IMG/VR virus record: IMGVR_UViG_3300026544_000002
Location: 38,492-102,491 of that record
Reading direction: 5' to 3' (one strand)
DNA: 64,000 nucleotides
DNA from: a virus
Positions 22,279-31,248 of this stretch are shown here, piece after piece (positions within the stretch are counted from its first letter, which is position 1; every line of letters starts with the position of its first letter). A model generated the notes under the pieces. It did no database searches. It saw only the letters and a program-made list of their open reading frames with translations, and was not told where the DNA came from. The position numbers and the translations under genes were made by a program.

Positions 22279-22935
22279 TTATATTAAATAAAAACCAGTA
22301 TGTTCATCAAAACGGTTTTTAACTATATTTTTTAAATTAGAATTAGTTTCTAATAATTTCAATAAAATATTTGCATTTTCTATTGTATGTATTTGTTTAG
22401 CATAATCAAAAAACATATATGTATCAAGGGTTTGGTTTTCTACTTCTGAAATTTTTCTAGATTGATCAACTTCTAATTTTAATTTCCAGAAACGCCTATC
22501 TGTATTAGGAGCTATTTCTACACCAGATACATGATAAACTGGATGTGCATTTGGATACATTTGTAAATAATCTTGTTCGAATTGTATAATATCATGTGGT
22601 AATGGTGTAAAACCATATTCGGAAGGGATGACACAATATGTTTCTGTTAATTTATTTTGACCTATTTCAGATGCATCAAAACCAATTGAAGATATTTCGT
22701 CAATGAAAAAAACAGGTAATAATAATATTTTATCCCATCTTATTCCTGTTAATTCTCCAATTTCCTCATACGCACCACCCATCAAATATTCATTATCCCA
22801 AATAGTTTCATCATTATTTAAATGAAAATACGTAGTCAAAAAAGCTACTGCATCTTTTGCATAATATTCATAAGCTAGATATTGATATTCATGAATATAA
22901 TGATAAAGTCTTTCCCATAATTGAGGTGATGACAT
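22279..22935 (-). CDS. hypothetical virion protein (possibly neck / head-closure)
   Basis: About 218 aa in the virion operon; start set to ATG 22935. Confidence 0.55.
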   Translation of the reverse strand: MSSPQLWERLYHYIHEYQYLAYEYYAKDAVAFLTTYFHLNNDETIWDNEYLMGGAYEEIGELTGIRWDKILLLPVFFIDEISSIGFDASEIGQNKLTETYCVIPSEYGFTPLPHDIIQFEQDYLQMYPNAHPVYHVSGVEIAPNTDRRFWKLKLEVDQSRKISEVENQTLDTYMFFDYAKQIHTIENANILLKLLETNSNLKNIVKNRFDEHTGFYLI

Positions 22936-22937
22936 AA

Positions 22938-23057
22938 TCAATTTCCATTATTTGATAATTTTTTAAAAATATAATATAAAAATTTATCAATATAAATAAG
23001 ATTTTTCTCTACATATATTGCAAATAAAAAACCTAAAATAAAAAAAAATAAATTCAT
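22938..23057 (-). CDS. small membrane protein (39 aa)
   Basis: MNLFFFILGFLFAIYVEKNLIYIDKFLYYIFKKLSNNGN; ATGA overlap with the upstream micro-ORF. Confidence 0.45.
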   Translation of the reverse strand: MNLFFFILGFLFAIYVEKNLIYIDKFLYYIFKKLSNNGN

Positions 23058-23143
23058 TTTATACTCTTAATAAAACCTATTATGATTTTCAAAAAAATCA
23101 TAGCAAATATACCCAATAAAAAATACCTCCATTCATAATTCAT
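23054..23143 (-). CDS. small membrane protein (29 aa)
   Basis: MNYEWRYFLLGIFAMIFLKIIIGFIKSIK; starts 1 nt after the gp25-like stop. Confidence 0.45.
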   Translation of the reverse strand: MNYEWRYFLLGIFAMIFLKIIIGFIKSIK

Positions 23144-23144
23144 A

Positions 23145-23576
23145 TTATTGACCGTATGAGTTGATTATATCTAATGATAATTCTTTGACAGTACCTTTGT
23201 ATTCAACATCTATTTTAACATTAAATCCTTTTTTAGAAGAAACTCCTTTTAAAAATTTAACTGTTATTTTATTTATTTTAGCACGATTATCATAATAATA
23301 TACACTGTTATATATTTCTTCTCTTATTATATTTTGAGTATCCCCATCAACTGGTTCAAATATCAAATCAAATAAACCACTACCATAATTAGGATCATGG
23401 TCAAAAGTACCTCTTGGTGTCAACAAAATATTATTCCAAGAATTTATGATAACATCTATATTTTCTATTCTTATAAAATCTTTAGTGGCATCATTTTTTG
23501 GAATATAATCAAAATATTTTATTTCAGTTGTTCTAGTTCTAGATGATAAATGAAATCTAGATAATGGATTTGCCAT
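23145..23576 (-). CDS. baseplate wedge protein, gp25-like
   Basis: NILLTPRGT..DPNYGSGL..LIFEP..YDNR. Confidence 0.88.
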   Translation of the reverse strand: MANPLSRFHLSSRTRTTEIKYFDYIPKNDATKDFIRIENIDVIINSWNNILLTPRGTFDHDPNYGSGLFDLIFEPVDGDTQNIIREEIYNSVYYYDNRAKINKITVKFLKGVSSKKGFNVKIDVEYKGTVKELSLDIINSYGQ

Positions 23577-23597
23577 ATAAAACCTCTGAAAATGTTG

Positions 23598-23647
23598 AAT
23601 TAATGGAAGAAATGAATCTTATTATGAATTCATTTCTTCCATTAATT
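23598..23647 (-). terminator. 20-bp-stem hairpin
   Basis: AATTAATGGAAGAAATGAAT / ATTCATTTCTTCCATTAATT overlapping the stop of the frameshift extension. Confidence 0.55.
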
Positions 23648-23823
23648 TTTGTTTTTTATCTTCTAAATCATGTTTCCATTTTAAATACGCAGTTAATCTT
23701 AAAACAGGCATCTGCATAATATTTTGATATGGTTGTTTACCTGCCTCCATGCAAGAAAATATCAATTCATTGTTTGTTTTGATAAATTCTTCACGAAATT
23801 CTTCACTAGTACATTGATCGAAA
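23622..23823 (-). CDS. tail assembly chaperone extension (probable +1 frameshift product, 'T'-like ORF)
   Basis: +1 frame open from the TTT CGA site: DQCTSEEFREEFIKTNNELIFSCMEAGKQPYQNIMQMPVLRLTAYLKWKHDLEDKKQKLMEEMNS*. Confidence 0.6.
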
Positions 23824-24591
23824 GAAATTATCGACTAAGTCGATATCAATTACCTCCACTTTACCACATGCTGGACAATTCACTTTCATTTTTAATGAAA
23901 TTTTATATTTTCCAAAATTTTCTTTATAAGCATTTTTGATAACAGTTTTATCTTTTGCTGGTAAAGATTCGTATGCAGAAATAATATCATCAAATTCATT
24001 ATATATAGTAGGAATAGTAGCTTCTTCTGTTGTTTGTTCGAAGCTATCAATAATCAAACAATCCATTAGGATATCATTTGATTTTCTAGCAGTAAATGCA
24101 AATCTACGATTGATTTCGTTTTCATCATTTAAAGTAGGTTGTTTGATTTTAAAAACAACTCCTTTTAAAATTTTCAATGGAACAGAAATAACTTTTGAAA
24201 GAATTTCATTTTCTTCACCTGGATACAAATCCATAGAAAATGTATCAGATGCATTCACTGTTACATCATGAGATTTTCCACAATTACCACAACTAACAGA
24301 ATAATTTCTAATTTCTTCATATGTTATATGATATAATCCATATAACAATGCATCACGATCTTTCAATGTTACTGTTTCAAGAAATTTCTTTAAAGTATAA
24401 CCTTCTGGTTTTTCTGCAATAGCGTCATATAAACATTTGTTCAAATGTGATAAAATTTTCGATTCATTCATCATACTAGCTTTCAATCGTTCTTCATCAC
24501 CAACTGTCATACTTTTTAATTTGAACGATTGTTTTGTTTGTGGAACAATTACTTCGTACGTGGGCAAAATTGCATTAAATGATGTAAACAT
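23806..24591 (-). CDS. baseplate hub / tail assembly chaperone (T4 gp26-like, two CxxC)
   Basis: PTYEVIVP..MTVGDE, DRDALLY.L, CGNCG, CPACG, ends DNFFRSMY. Confidence 0.8.
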   Translation of the reverse strand: MFTSFNAILPTYEVIVPQTKQSFKLKSMTVGDEERLKASMMNESKILSHLNKCLYDAIAEKPEGYTLKKFLETVTLKDRDALLYGLYHITYEEIRNYSVSCGNCGKSHDVTVNASDTFSMDLYPGEENEILSKVISVPLKILKGVVFKIKQPTLNDENEINRRFAFTARKSNDILMDCLIIDSFEQTTEEATIPTIYNEFDDIISAYESLPAKDKTVIKNAYKENFGKYKISLKMKVNCPACGKVEVIDIDLVDNFFRSMY

Positions 24592-24674
24592 AATCTTTGT
24601 TACTCCTTTTCGTTTTTAGTTATTTTTATTACTTTATGTCTCATTTTATAAAACAAACTTCTAAATAGTTTTCT

Positions 24675-24689
24675 TCAATATTATGTTCC
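24675..24689 (-). promoter_or_regulatory. late-promoter motif GGAACATAATATTGA
   Basis: Exact copy upstream of 24591 (-). Confidence 0.6.
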
Positions 24690-24712
24690 TTAAATATAAG
24701 TCGAAATCATAA

Positions 24713-25291
24713 TTATTTAGATTTTAATTTTTGTAATCTAATTTCTATTTTTTTCTTGAATGATTTTGGATCACTTGTTTTATCAGCCATTGATAAACTT
24801 TTCTTTAGTGCATTTTGTTGCATTTTATATGCATTAGCACGATAATTATTCATACATGCTTCTTTTTCAGAAGCAGTTTTTCCTTTACATGCTTTCGCTG
24901 CTTTAGAAAAATAATTCTTATAAATTTTATATGAAGCAGTTATGACAAGAGCTGCCAAAGCAGTTGCACCAATAACACCACCATGATTCTTGATAGTATC
25001 CCAAATAGATTTAAAATCCACCATTGGTTTTGGTTTTTCTACACCATTTGACATAATACCTTCTGTTATAATATTTTTGTATTCTTTATTTATATCTTCG
25101 ATTAATTCTCCTGTTACTTTTGCTCCAAAAATATTTACACAATCACGATAATTATTTTGCACAAATAACATAGTAGAACCAATTTCAGAAAGCATCTCAA
25201 TTTCATTTAATTCTTTTCGATCAATTCCAAATTGGCCTAAAAAGCTATCATCATTTAATTCATTGATTGTTTCTAATAGTATAGATGACAT
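24713..25291 (-). CDS. paralogue family protein (hydrophobic helix + YFSKAAKAC Cys/Lys-rich tail)
   Basis: GGVIGATALAALVITASYKIYKNYFSKAAKACKGK..EKEACM. Confidence 0.75.
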   Translation of the reverse strand: MSSILLETINELNDDSFLGQFGIDRKELNEIEMLSEIGSTMLFVQNNYRDCVNIFGAKVTGELIEDINKEYKNIITEGIMSNGVEKPKPMVDFKSIWDTIKNHGGVIGATALAALVITASYKIYKNYFSKAAKACKGKTASEKEACMNNYRANAYKMQQNALKKSLSMADKTSDPKSFKKKIEIRLQKLKSK

Positions 25292-25315
25292 CTTACAAAT
25301 CCTTTTTAATTTAAA

Positions 25316-25350
25316 AAAAGGGAGAGAGATTTAAAATCTCTCTCCCTTTT
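25316..25350 (-). terminator. intrinsic terminator
   Basis: AAAAGGGAGAGAGATTT-A-AAATCTCTCTCCCTTTT; T-run on the minus strand. Confidence 0.7.
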
Positions 25351-25368
25351 GATTAAGAAATTAAATTC

Positions 25369-26241
25369 TTATTTTTTGATTGCAGCAATTTTTGCATTCA
25401 GAGCAGCTCGTGCTTTAGCAGGATTGGTAGAATTTCTGGCAAGAGAAGCACCTTTTCGAAGTGAAGCAATACGAGCTCGCTGTGCTTGTTGTTTTGCTTT
25501 CGCCATACAAGCAGCTTTCTCTGCACCAGATTTACCTGCACACGCTTTGGCAGCTTTTGAGAAATAATTCTTGTATGCTTTATAAGCAATGAAACTAGCG
25601 GCAGCAACAAGGGCAGCAACACCAATAGTTTTTCCTGTTCCAGATGTGGCAAACTGTTTGATTTTACCCCATGCTTCTGAACCTGTGATACCGTTCTGTA
25701 TTCTTTTGAAAAAATTAGTGAAATTTTCTATTTTTTGTTCTTTAGCTACTTTTGCCATTTGTTTCTCAGTACCATCAAATTCACCAACACCTTGTTGTTT
25801 AGCAACTTCCCAAGAAGCAATTTTGTCTTTTTCTGCCGCAATTCTATCTTTCCCTTGTGCGAGATTAATATATTCACGATTCCGTCGTTCATCAGGTTCT
25901 ACTTCTTCACGAATAATATCCATTGAAGAAATATCACTTAATGTTCCAATTTCATTAATAAAATTTGCCATTGTATAATCTTCGCTTTCAACAAACATTT
26001 CTGGATTTGTCAAAACATTTTCTTTGATAATACTCATAAGAGCAGTTTCATAAAAAGTTTTGTCAAATTCTTCAGGGGCGGCTTTGCCAGTTACAGCATA
26101 TGAAATAATATCTGTATCAGAAGCAGATTCGATGAAAGAAACCATTTCTTCATCTTCACCAACTTGTTCAATTAATGCTTCCCGCATGAAAGCATAAAAA
26201 ATAGCACTATCTTTGATGTTTGTAGATTCATTAATAAACAT
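25369..26241 (-). CDS. paralogue family protein (putative head/ejected protein)
   Basis: N-terminal REALIE..SASD..GK domain; C-terminal IGVAALVAAASFIAYKAYKNYFSKAAKACAGK. Confidence 0.78.
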   Translation of the reverse strand: MFINESTNIKDSAIFYAFMREALIEQVGEDEEMVSFIESASDTDIISYAVTGKAAPEEFDKTFYETALMSIIKENVLTNPEMFVESEDYTMANFINEIGTLSDISSMDIIREEVEPDERRNREYINLAQGKDRIAAEKDKIASWEVAKQQGVGEFDGTEKQMAKVAKEQKIENFTNFFKRIQNGITGSEAWGKIKQFATSGTGKTIGVAALVAAASFIAYKAYKNYFSKAAKACAGKSGAEKAACMAKAKQQAQRARIASLRKGASLARNSTNPAKARAALNAKIAAIKK

Positions 26242-26298
26242 TTTTATACACCTCGATTTAATTTTTATTTATAATTTATTTTTCGCAAAATAAAACAT

Positions 26299-27651
26299 TT
26301 ATGACATTTTTGCTTGTAGTTTTTGTCTACAAGCTGCTGGGTTACTGGTTTTGGAACATGCAGACATTGCTCTCTTGATGTTTGCTTTTTTGACACCCAA
26401 AGCTCCTTGTTTAGCTCTAGCCATACAAGCATCTTTTTCAGCACCGGATTTACCTGCACATGCTCTAGCAGCTTTCGAGAAATAATTCTTATATGCTTTA
26501 TAAGCAAGGAATGCGGAAGCACCAACCAATGCAGTTACACCAATTGCTTTTGCATGACCACCGGAATATTTATTTACAAATCCGGTGAAAGTAGACCAAG
26601 CTGTTCCTATATTATCACCAGCTTGTCGAATTTTGTCCATCAAACCACTACCACCTGTATCATCTAAATTACCTTTGTGATCGACGATACCAGGTCCAGT
26701 TTGTTGAGCCAAAGCAGCTGCTTCTTTTCGATCAGCTAAATCTTTCGCAGCTGCATGACCACGTTTTGCAGCTGCCACACCAGTATCACCACCAGCAGCT
26801 TTTCCACTTCCTTTTGCCGCTTTTGCCGCTTTTGCCGCTGCTGTAATTCTACGTTTTTCTGCATCATCTACAGCATTTTTGATAAGGGCATTTCTTCCGG
26901 CTGCTCTAGCGTTAGCAGTTACACCAGCACCAGGTCCATCGCCAGCTGCATCTCTAATTTTCATACGATCTGCTAAATCTTGTTTGGCTAATTGATTCAC
27001 TGATGCATGACGAGCATTTGTTGCTGCTTTTTCATTTTCGATACCAGGTCCAGATGCTTCTGCTGCATCACTAACTTTTGAACGATGTTTCAACTCACGT
27101 CTGGTTATTTCATTCTTAGCAGCATCTCTTGCTTTATTAGTCACACCTACACCAGGTCCGGTTTGTTGAGCATTATGTGCAGTTTTTACTCTATTATATT
27201 TATCTTTGACATAATTTTTACCTTGATTATATGTCATTTTAGCAGCACCAGCTAAATCGTTTCCAAATTTTTTCCAATCTTTTTCTTGTAAATTAGAAAA
27301 TTCTGTTATGATCGAAATCGAATCAGAATCAATTAAAGATAATCCACCAATTTCATTCATAAAATCTGCACATGAATATTCATCAGTAAAATCAAAATCA
27401 TTGACATTTTCAATCATATAATCTTTAAGATTTGACATAAGATAAGATTCGCCAAATACAGGATTATCATTAGGACATGATTTGCCATACATCGCCAATG
27501 ACAATACTTGTGCATCACTAGCTGATTCTTCTATATATTTAATAGATTCATTATCAGCATTATTTTCTTTCAATGATTCAATTAATGCATGTCTCATAAA
27601 ACCCATAAAAATAGCACTATCTGAAACATTGATATTTTCATTTATAAACAT
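26299..27651 (-). CDS. paralogue family protein with GPG-repeat linker
   Basis: Same N- and C-terminal domains; Ala-rich linker with four GPG repeats. Confidence 0.78.
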   Translation of the reverse strand: MFINENINVSDSAIFMGFMRHALIESLKENNADNESIKYIEESASDAQVLSLAMYGKSCPNDNPVFGESYLMSNLKDYMIENVNDFDFTDEYSCADFMNEIGGLSLIDSDSISIITEFSNLQEKDWKKFGNDLAGAAKMTYNQGKNYVKDKYNRVKTAHNAQQTGPGVGVTNKARDAAKNEITRRELKHRSKVSDAAEASGPGIENEKAATNARHASVNQLAKQDLADRMKIRDAAGDGPGAGVTANARAAGRNALIKNAVDDAEKRRITAAAKAAKAAKGSGKAAGGDTGVAAAKRGHAAAKDLADRKEAAALAQQTGPGIVDHKGNLDDTGGSGLMDKIRQAGDNIGTAWSTFTGFVNKYSGGHAKAIGVTALVGASAFLAYKAYKNYFSKAARACAGKSGAEKDACMARAKQGALGVKKANIKRAMSACSKTSNPAACRQKLQAKMS

Positions 27652-27680
27652 TTTATTAATACCTCGTATAATTTTATATG

Positions 27681-28406
27681 TTAACCGTTAAATTTTTTCT
27701 TCATAGCAGTATTGAAATCAGATTTAATTGCACCAGTTGACAAACTAACTGCTTTTTCATGTACCCATTGTTCATGCCATACATAATCAACATTGAATTC
27801 GATTTCTGGTTCAATTTTACCAACATTTTCAACATCACTTGAAAATAAATCTTGTGGATCTTTTAATGGGAATACGCCAGCATAACATGCTGAATATTCA
27901 ACAGTAATTCCATCTGGTGCAGTAGTCCAATATAAAAGAGTACCAGCATATTCTTTTTTCGAATAACCTTTTCTTTCTTTTCCTGAAATCAGTTTACTGG
28001 ATACACCCGTTCTATAATCACGAATATTTTTTACCCATGTATGAAAAATCTGAGTAATTGGTAAACCAGAATATTCTAAGAATTTTATTGATACAGAATC
28101 ACCATAATCAATACTTCCAGGCACTGCCCATTTTGTACCACCCAAACCAGTGAATGATACTTTATTGAGAGTTCCACCTGGTGGTGTGACAGACAAACAA
28201 CTAGCAGCAAGCAAATCTGCACAATCACCTTCTGTTAATGTTCCACTGCTTCCTTCAATTTCAACCTTAGCAATTTTAGGAAGTTTCAACCAATGAATGT
28301 GATGATATCCAGTCACATATGGTTCGGCTATTCCTTCAACAGAACCACCATGATATCTAGTAGCTAGTTGATTTTTTACATTTGAAAATGAAAATTTCAT
28401 GCTCAT
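27681..28406 (-). CDS. tail tube protein
   Basis: Directly after sheath; VTPPG..VPG.IDY..IKFLE..W..Y.GVFP..EIEFNVD gp19-like pattern. Confidence 0.8.
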   Translation of the reverse strand: MSMKFSFSNVKNQLATRYHGGSVEGIAEPYVTGYHHIHWLKLPKIAKVEIEGSSGTLTEGDCADLLAASCLSVTPPGGTLNKVSFTGLGGTKWAVPGSIDYGDSVSIKFLEYSGLPITQIFHTWVKNIRDYRTGVSSKLISGKERKGYSKKEYAGTLLYWTTAPDGITVEYSACYAGVFPLKDPQDLFSSDVENVGKIEPEIEFNVDYVWHEQWVHEKAVSLSTGAIKSDFNTAMKKKFNG

Positions 28407-28425
28407 GATAAATACCTCTAGATTT

Positions 28426-28463
28426 TTTCCCTTGATGATTATATTTCAAATCATCAAGGGAAA
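28426..28463 (-). terminator. hairpin between sheath and tube genes
   Basis: TTTCCCTTGATGATT / AATCATCAAGGGAAA. Confidence 0.5.
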
Positions 28464-28469
28464 TATTAA

Positions 28470-30467
28470 TTATTTAATATAAAAATTTAATTCTATTTTC
28501 TCTACAACACGAGTTGGTTCTAAAGTAACATTCACATGAAAGCGTTTGCTTTTTCTTTCATAATCAGTGGCACCAACATCAACTGTATAAGAATACAATC
28601 CACGTTTACCAGCTACTTCTTCGAGAAATTCATTTATATCACCAGACACAGATGACCAAGTTTGTGCATCATTTTGTTCAAAGATATAAAAACGGCAATA
28701 TCTTTCTAATGCTTCTTTACAATATAATACTAGACGAACAATATTTAAATCTTGTAAAGCAGATGGTTTAGCTTGTGTAGTCAATTGACCCCATACGCTG
28801 TATCCAATATTGAATTTAACAATTGGATTTAGCTGACGAAGATACATTCGATCACGTTGTCCAAGAGTTGGATTATATCGTAATTCAGATATAGTATTAA
28901 TTGCACCCCGTTGAAAACCAGCAATTGCATACCAAATTTCAGCAACATTGTCATTTCTAGGAGCGAGATACGACATATGGAAAAGAGGAGATACCCAAAT
29001 ATCAGCACCAGTAAAACCATCATATACTTTATTATACCCTTCATAAAGAGCAGCTAAATAAGTATTATAAACATGATCAGAATTTCTTTTAGAAATTGCT
29101 TTACCATAATCTGAGTTGTCACCATTATCTAACATAGCAACACAGTCACGACGAAGGTCCACTAAACTAACAATTCCAGTTTTTACTCTTGTCGGATAAC
29201 CACAATCAAAAACCATTGTGAAGAAAATTCTTTCTCTGTCTTGAATCTGTGTATCAATAGAACCTTCATATCCTCTGAATAATAATTCTTCACATATACC
29301 AGGAGCTACTTTATGGTTAATATTATAAATATCACCATCTGAACCTTTTCGTAAAACTGGAGGTTCATCTCCTAAAAACGCATCTGACACATCTGATAAA
29401 TCCTTTTTGATGATATATTCTGGACTTGCGGTGGTCGAAAATACATCAATACTTCGCATATCGACAACACCATCATCATCAGTGTCTAATTCAACACTAA
29501 TCCATTCTTGTGAAGCAGTATCTAAATCACGATCATTAAATATATTGATAGTTTCGTTATCAACACCAGATGATGCACCAAGCCAACCATATAAGCGAAT
29601 ACCTCGTTCATCTATCATAGTTACTGAATAAATAGCATTTCCAGATTCGGCATGATTTTCCCAATCTATGAAATCTTGTTGACTATCTGTTAAAGTAGCA
29701 TTCCCGGGTGTCAGATCAACGGAAACATTTCCCATATTGTTATCATAATTTTTAACAACTAAATCATAACCTGGTGAAGTTTCACCATCAGGTGTTAAAT
29801 GATGACCTCTAAGAATATTTGAATACTTTTCAAGAATATCAGTGATAAAAATAGAATCACCAGAACGATCACGGGAATTGATATTCAAAGAAACTGTAAA
29901 TGATTCAACAATAGCAGATGTACCGTCTGCTTGTTTTTCATAAATATCTAAAACATATACACCTTCAAACATAGGATTAACATGTTTTGTCAATCGAACA
30001 GCAATCATGTTATAATAATCACCACGACCAATTGGATACAGAATCATAATTGGATATGTTGTACCATATTGTTCTAATTGAGATTCGATATCTATCATTT
30101 TTTCTAAACGATCTACACATGTCAATATAATATCCGCTGTGGTATCAATACCATCCCAAACAGCATCGATACGAATATTTGAATATGTAGCATTATCTGG
30201 TAATACACGCATAAACCATAATGAACCAGATTCTCCTAGAAAATTATATGCATTATACAAACCTTGTCCATATTCTTTACCAAAATCTGTAATACAAGGT
30301 TCACCCCATTCACGAATCAAATCATTTCGTGAAGAAACAAAAATTGCTTTATTATCCCTTCCCTTTTTAGTCAGGGCACAAATAAATCCTGTGGTAGCTG
30401 GAACTGCGGATACGTATGTTGAAAGATCAATGATTTTCGTATATACGCCCGGAGAAATATTACTCAT
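28470..30467 (-). CDS. tail sheath protein
   Basis: ISPGVYTKIID start; WYAIAG..RG, LNPI, WGQLT, LNIVRL, FEQND, LEPTRVVEKIEL. Confidence 0.95.
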   Translation of the reverse strand: MSNISPGVYTKIIDLSTYVSAVPATTGFICALTKKGRDNKAIFVSSRNDLIREWGEPCITDFGKEYGQGLYNAYNFLGESGSLWFMRVLPDNATYSNIRIDAVWDGIDTTADIILTCVDRLEKMIDIESQLEQYGTTYPIMILYPIGRGDYYNMIAVRLTKHVNPMFEGVYVLDIYEKQADGTSAIVESFTVSLNINSRDRSGDSIFITDILEKYSNILRGHHLTPDGETSPGYDLVVKNYDNNMGNVSVDLTPGNATLTDSQQDFIDWENHAESGNAIYSVTMIDERGIRLYGWLGASSGVDNETINIFNDRDLDTASQEWISVELDTDDDGVVDMRSIDVFSTTASPEYIIKKDLSDVSDAFLGDEPPVLRKGSDGDIYNINHKVAPGICEELLFRGYEGSIDTQIQDRERIFFTMVFDCGYPTRVKTGIVSLVDLRRDCVAMLDNGDNSDYGKAISKRNSDHVYNTYLAALYEGYNKVYDGFTGADIWVSPLFHMSYLAPRNDNVAEIWYAIAGFQRGAINTISELRYNPTLGQRDRMYLRQLNPIVKFNIGYSVWGQLTTQAKPSALQDLNIVRLVLYCKEALERYCRFYIFEQNDAQTWSSVSGDINEFLEEVAGKRGLYSYTVDVGATDYERKSKRFHVNVTLEPTRVVEKIELNFYIK

Positions 30468-30511
30468 ATTTAAACTCCAATATTTTTAAAAAATTTGTTT
30501 CTCTATGTGTT

Positions 30512-31195
30512 TTAGAAAAAAAGATACCAAACAAATAACAATTGTCTAGTAGATGTTTTAACAACAGGTGGAAATGTTACTCTTGAAAATAAATGAAAAT
30601 CCCCACTATAACCAGCAATAGGTCCTCCTTCACTTGTAAATAGACCAGCTTCGCTGATATGTTCATCAATGCAATCTCCTAAAGAAATTCTTGATGTTGA
30701 TTTGACAATTAACCATGAATTATTATTATAGGTATCTTGTTCGAATTCAATTGATTCAATAGGTTTTTTATAAAAAAATCCGCCTCGTGGATCAGCACAA
30801 TTTGGATCAATAGCACTTATTCCTACAGATATAGCTAAATCAGTATCAGTAGCAACAGGAGGAGATGGATTAAAAGGATCTCCTACATTCACACCACCAG
30901 AACCAACTCCTAGCCATGTGATAAATTCATCTTTAGTAGAAGCAGAAGCAGAATTATTAGTACCAAACATTCGTTGTGCGATTGTTTCTCTACCAACATA
31001 TACAACTAAATTGGATTTGGACAATAAATTTTCATTATTATTTTCATCAATTTCATATACTTCTACCCAACCCTGAGGTTTCCTTTCAATATTATTATTT
31101 TGTCCTACATTATCTTTTAAACAATTATCACCATAAGTATCTTTAGCAACAATCTTTATAGTATCTTCATTGTTCATTTTATATTTGTTCCTCAT
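30512..31195 (-). CDS. baseplate / tail-fibre attachment protein
   Basis: NLVVYVGR..LGVGSG..ISEAGLF..FSRVTF..KT..LLFVW pattern of tail-collar-type domains. Confidence 0.65.
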   Translation of the reverse strand: MRNKYKMNNEDTIKIVAKDTYGDNCLKDNVGQNNNIERKPQGWVEVYEIDENNNENLLSKSNLVVYVGRETIAQRMFGTNNSASASTKDEFITWLGVGSGGVNVGDPFNPSPPVATDTDLAISVGISAIDPNCADPRGGFFYKKPIESIEFEQDTYNNNSWLIVKSTSRISLGDCIDEHISEAGLFTSEGGPIAGYSGDFHLFSRVTFPPVVKTSTRQLLFVWYLFF

Positions 31196-31216
31196 AAATT
31201 AAATTAAAATTTTCCC

Positions 31217-31232
31217 TCATTTATATGTTCTC
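31217..31232 (-). promoter_or_regulatory. late-promoter motif variant GAACATATAAATGA
   Basis: Upstream of 31195 (-); same variant at 48814. Confidence 0.5.
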
Positions 31233-31248
31233 ATTTTACCAATAAAAA

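Noticed and set aside
28196-28212. Partial self-match of array-3 spacer aaactagca in the tail tube gene
   Set aside because: Only a partial match and the second half-site does not fit; expected by chance. A full self-target search could not be done by eye.
11648-30489. Many 60-156-aa ORFs antisense to or nested in tape measure, sheath and paralogue genes
   Set aside because: They overlap confidently identified longer genes, lack RBSs, and show antisense-type composition.
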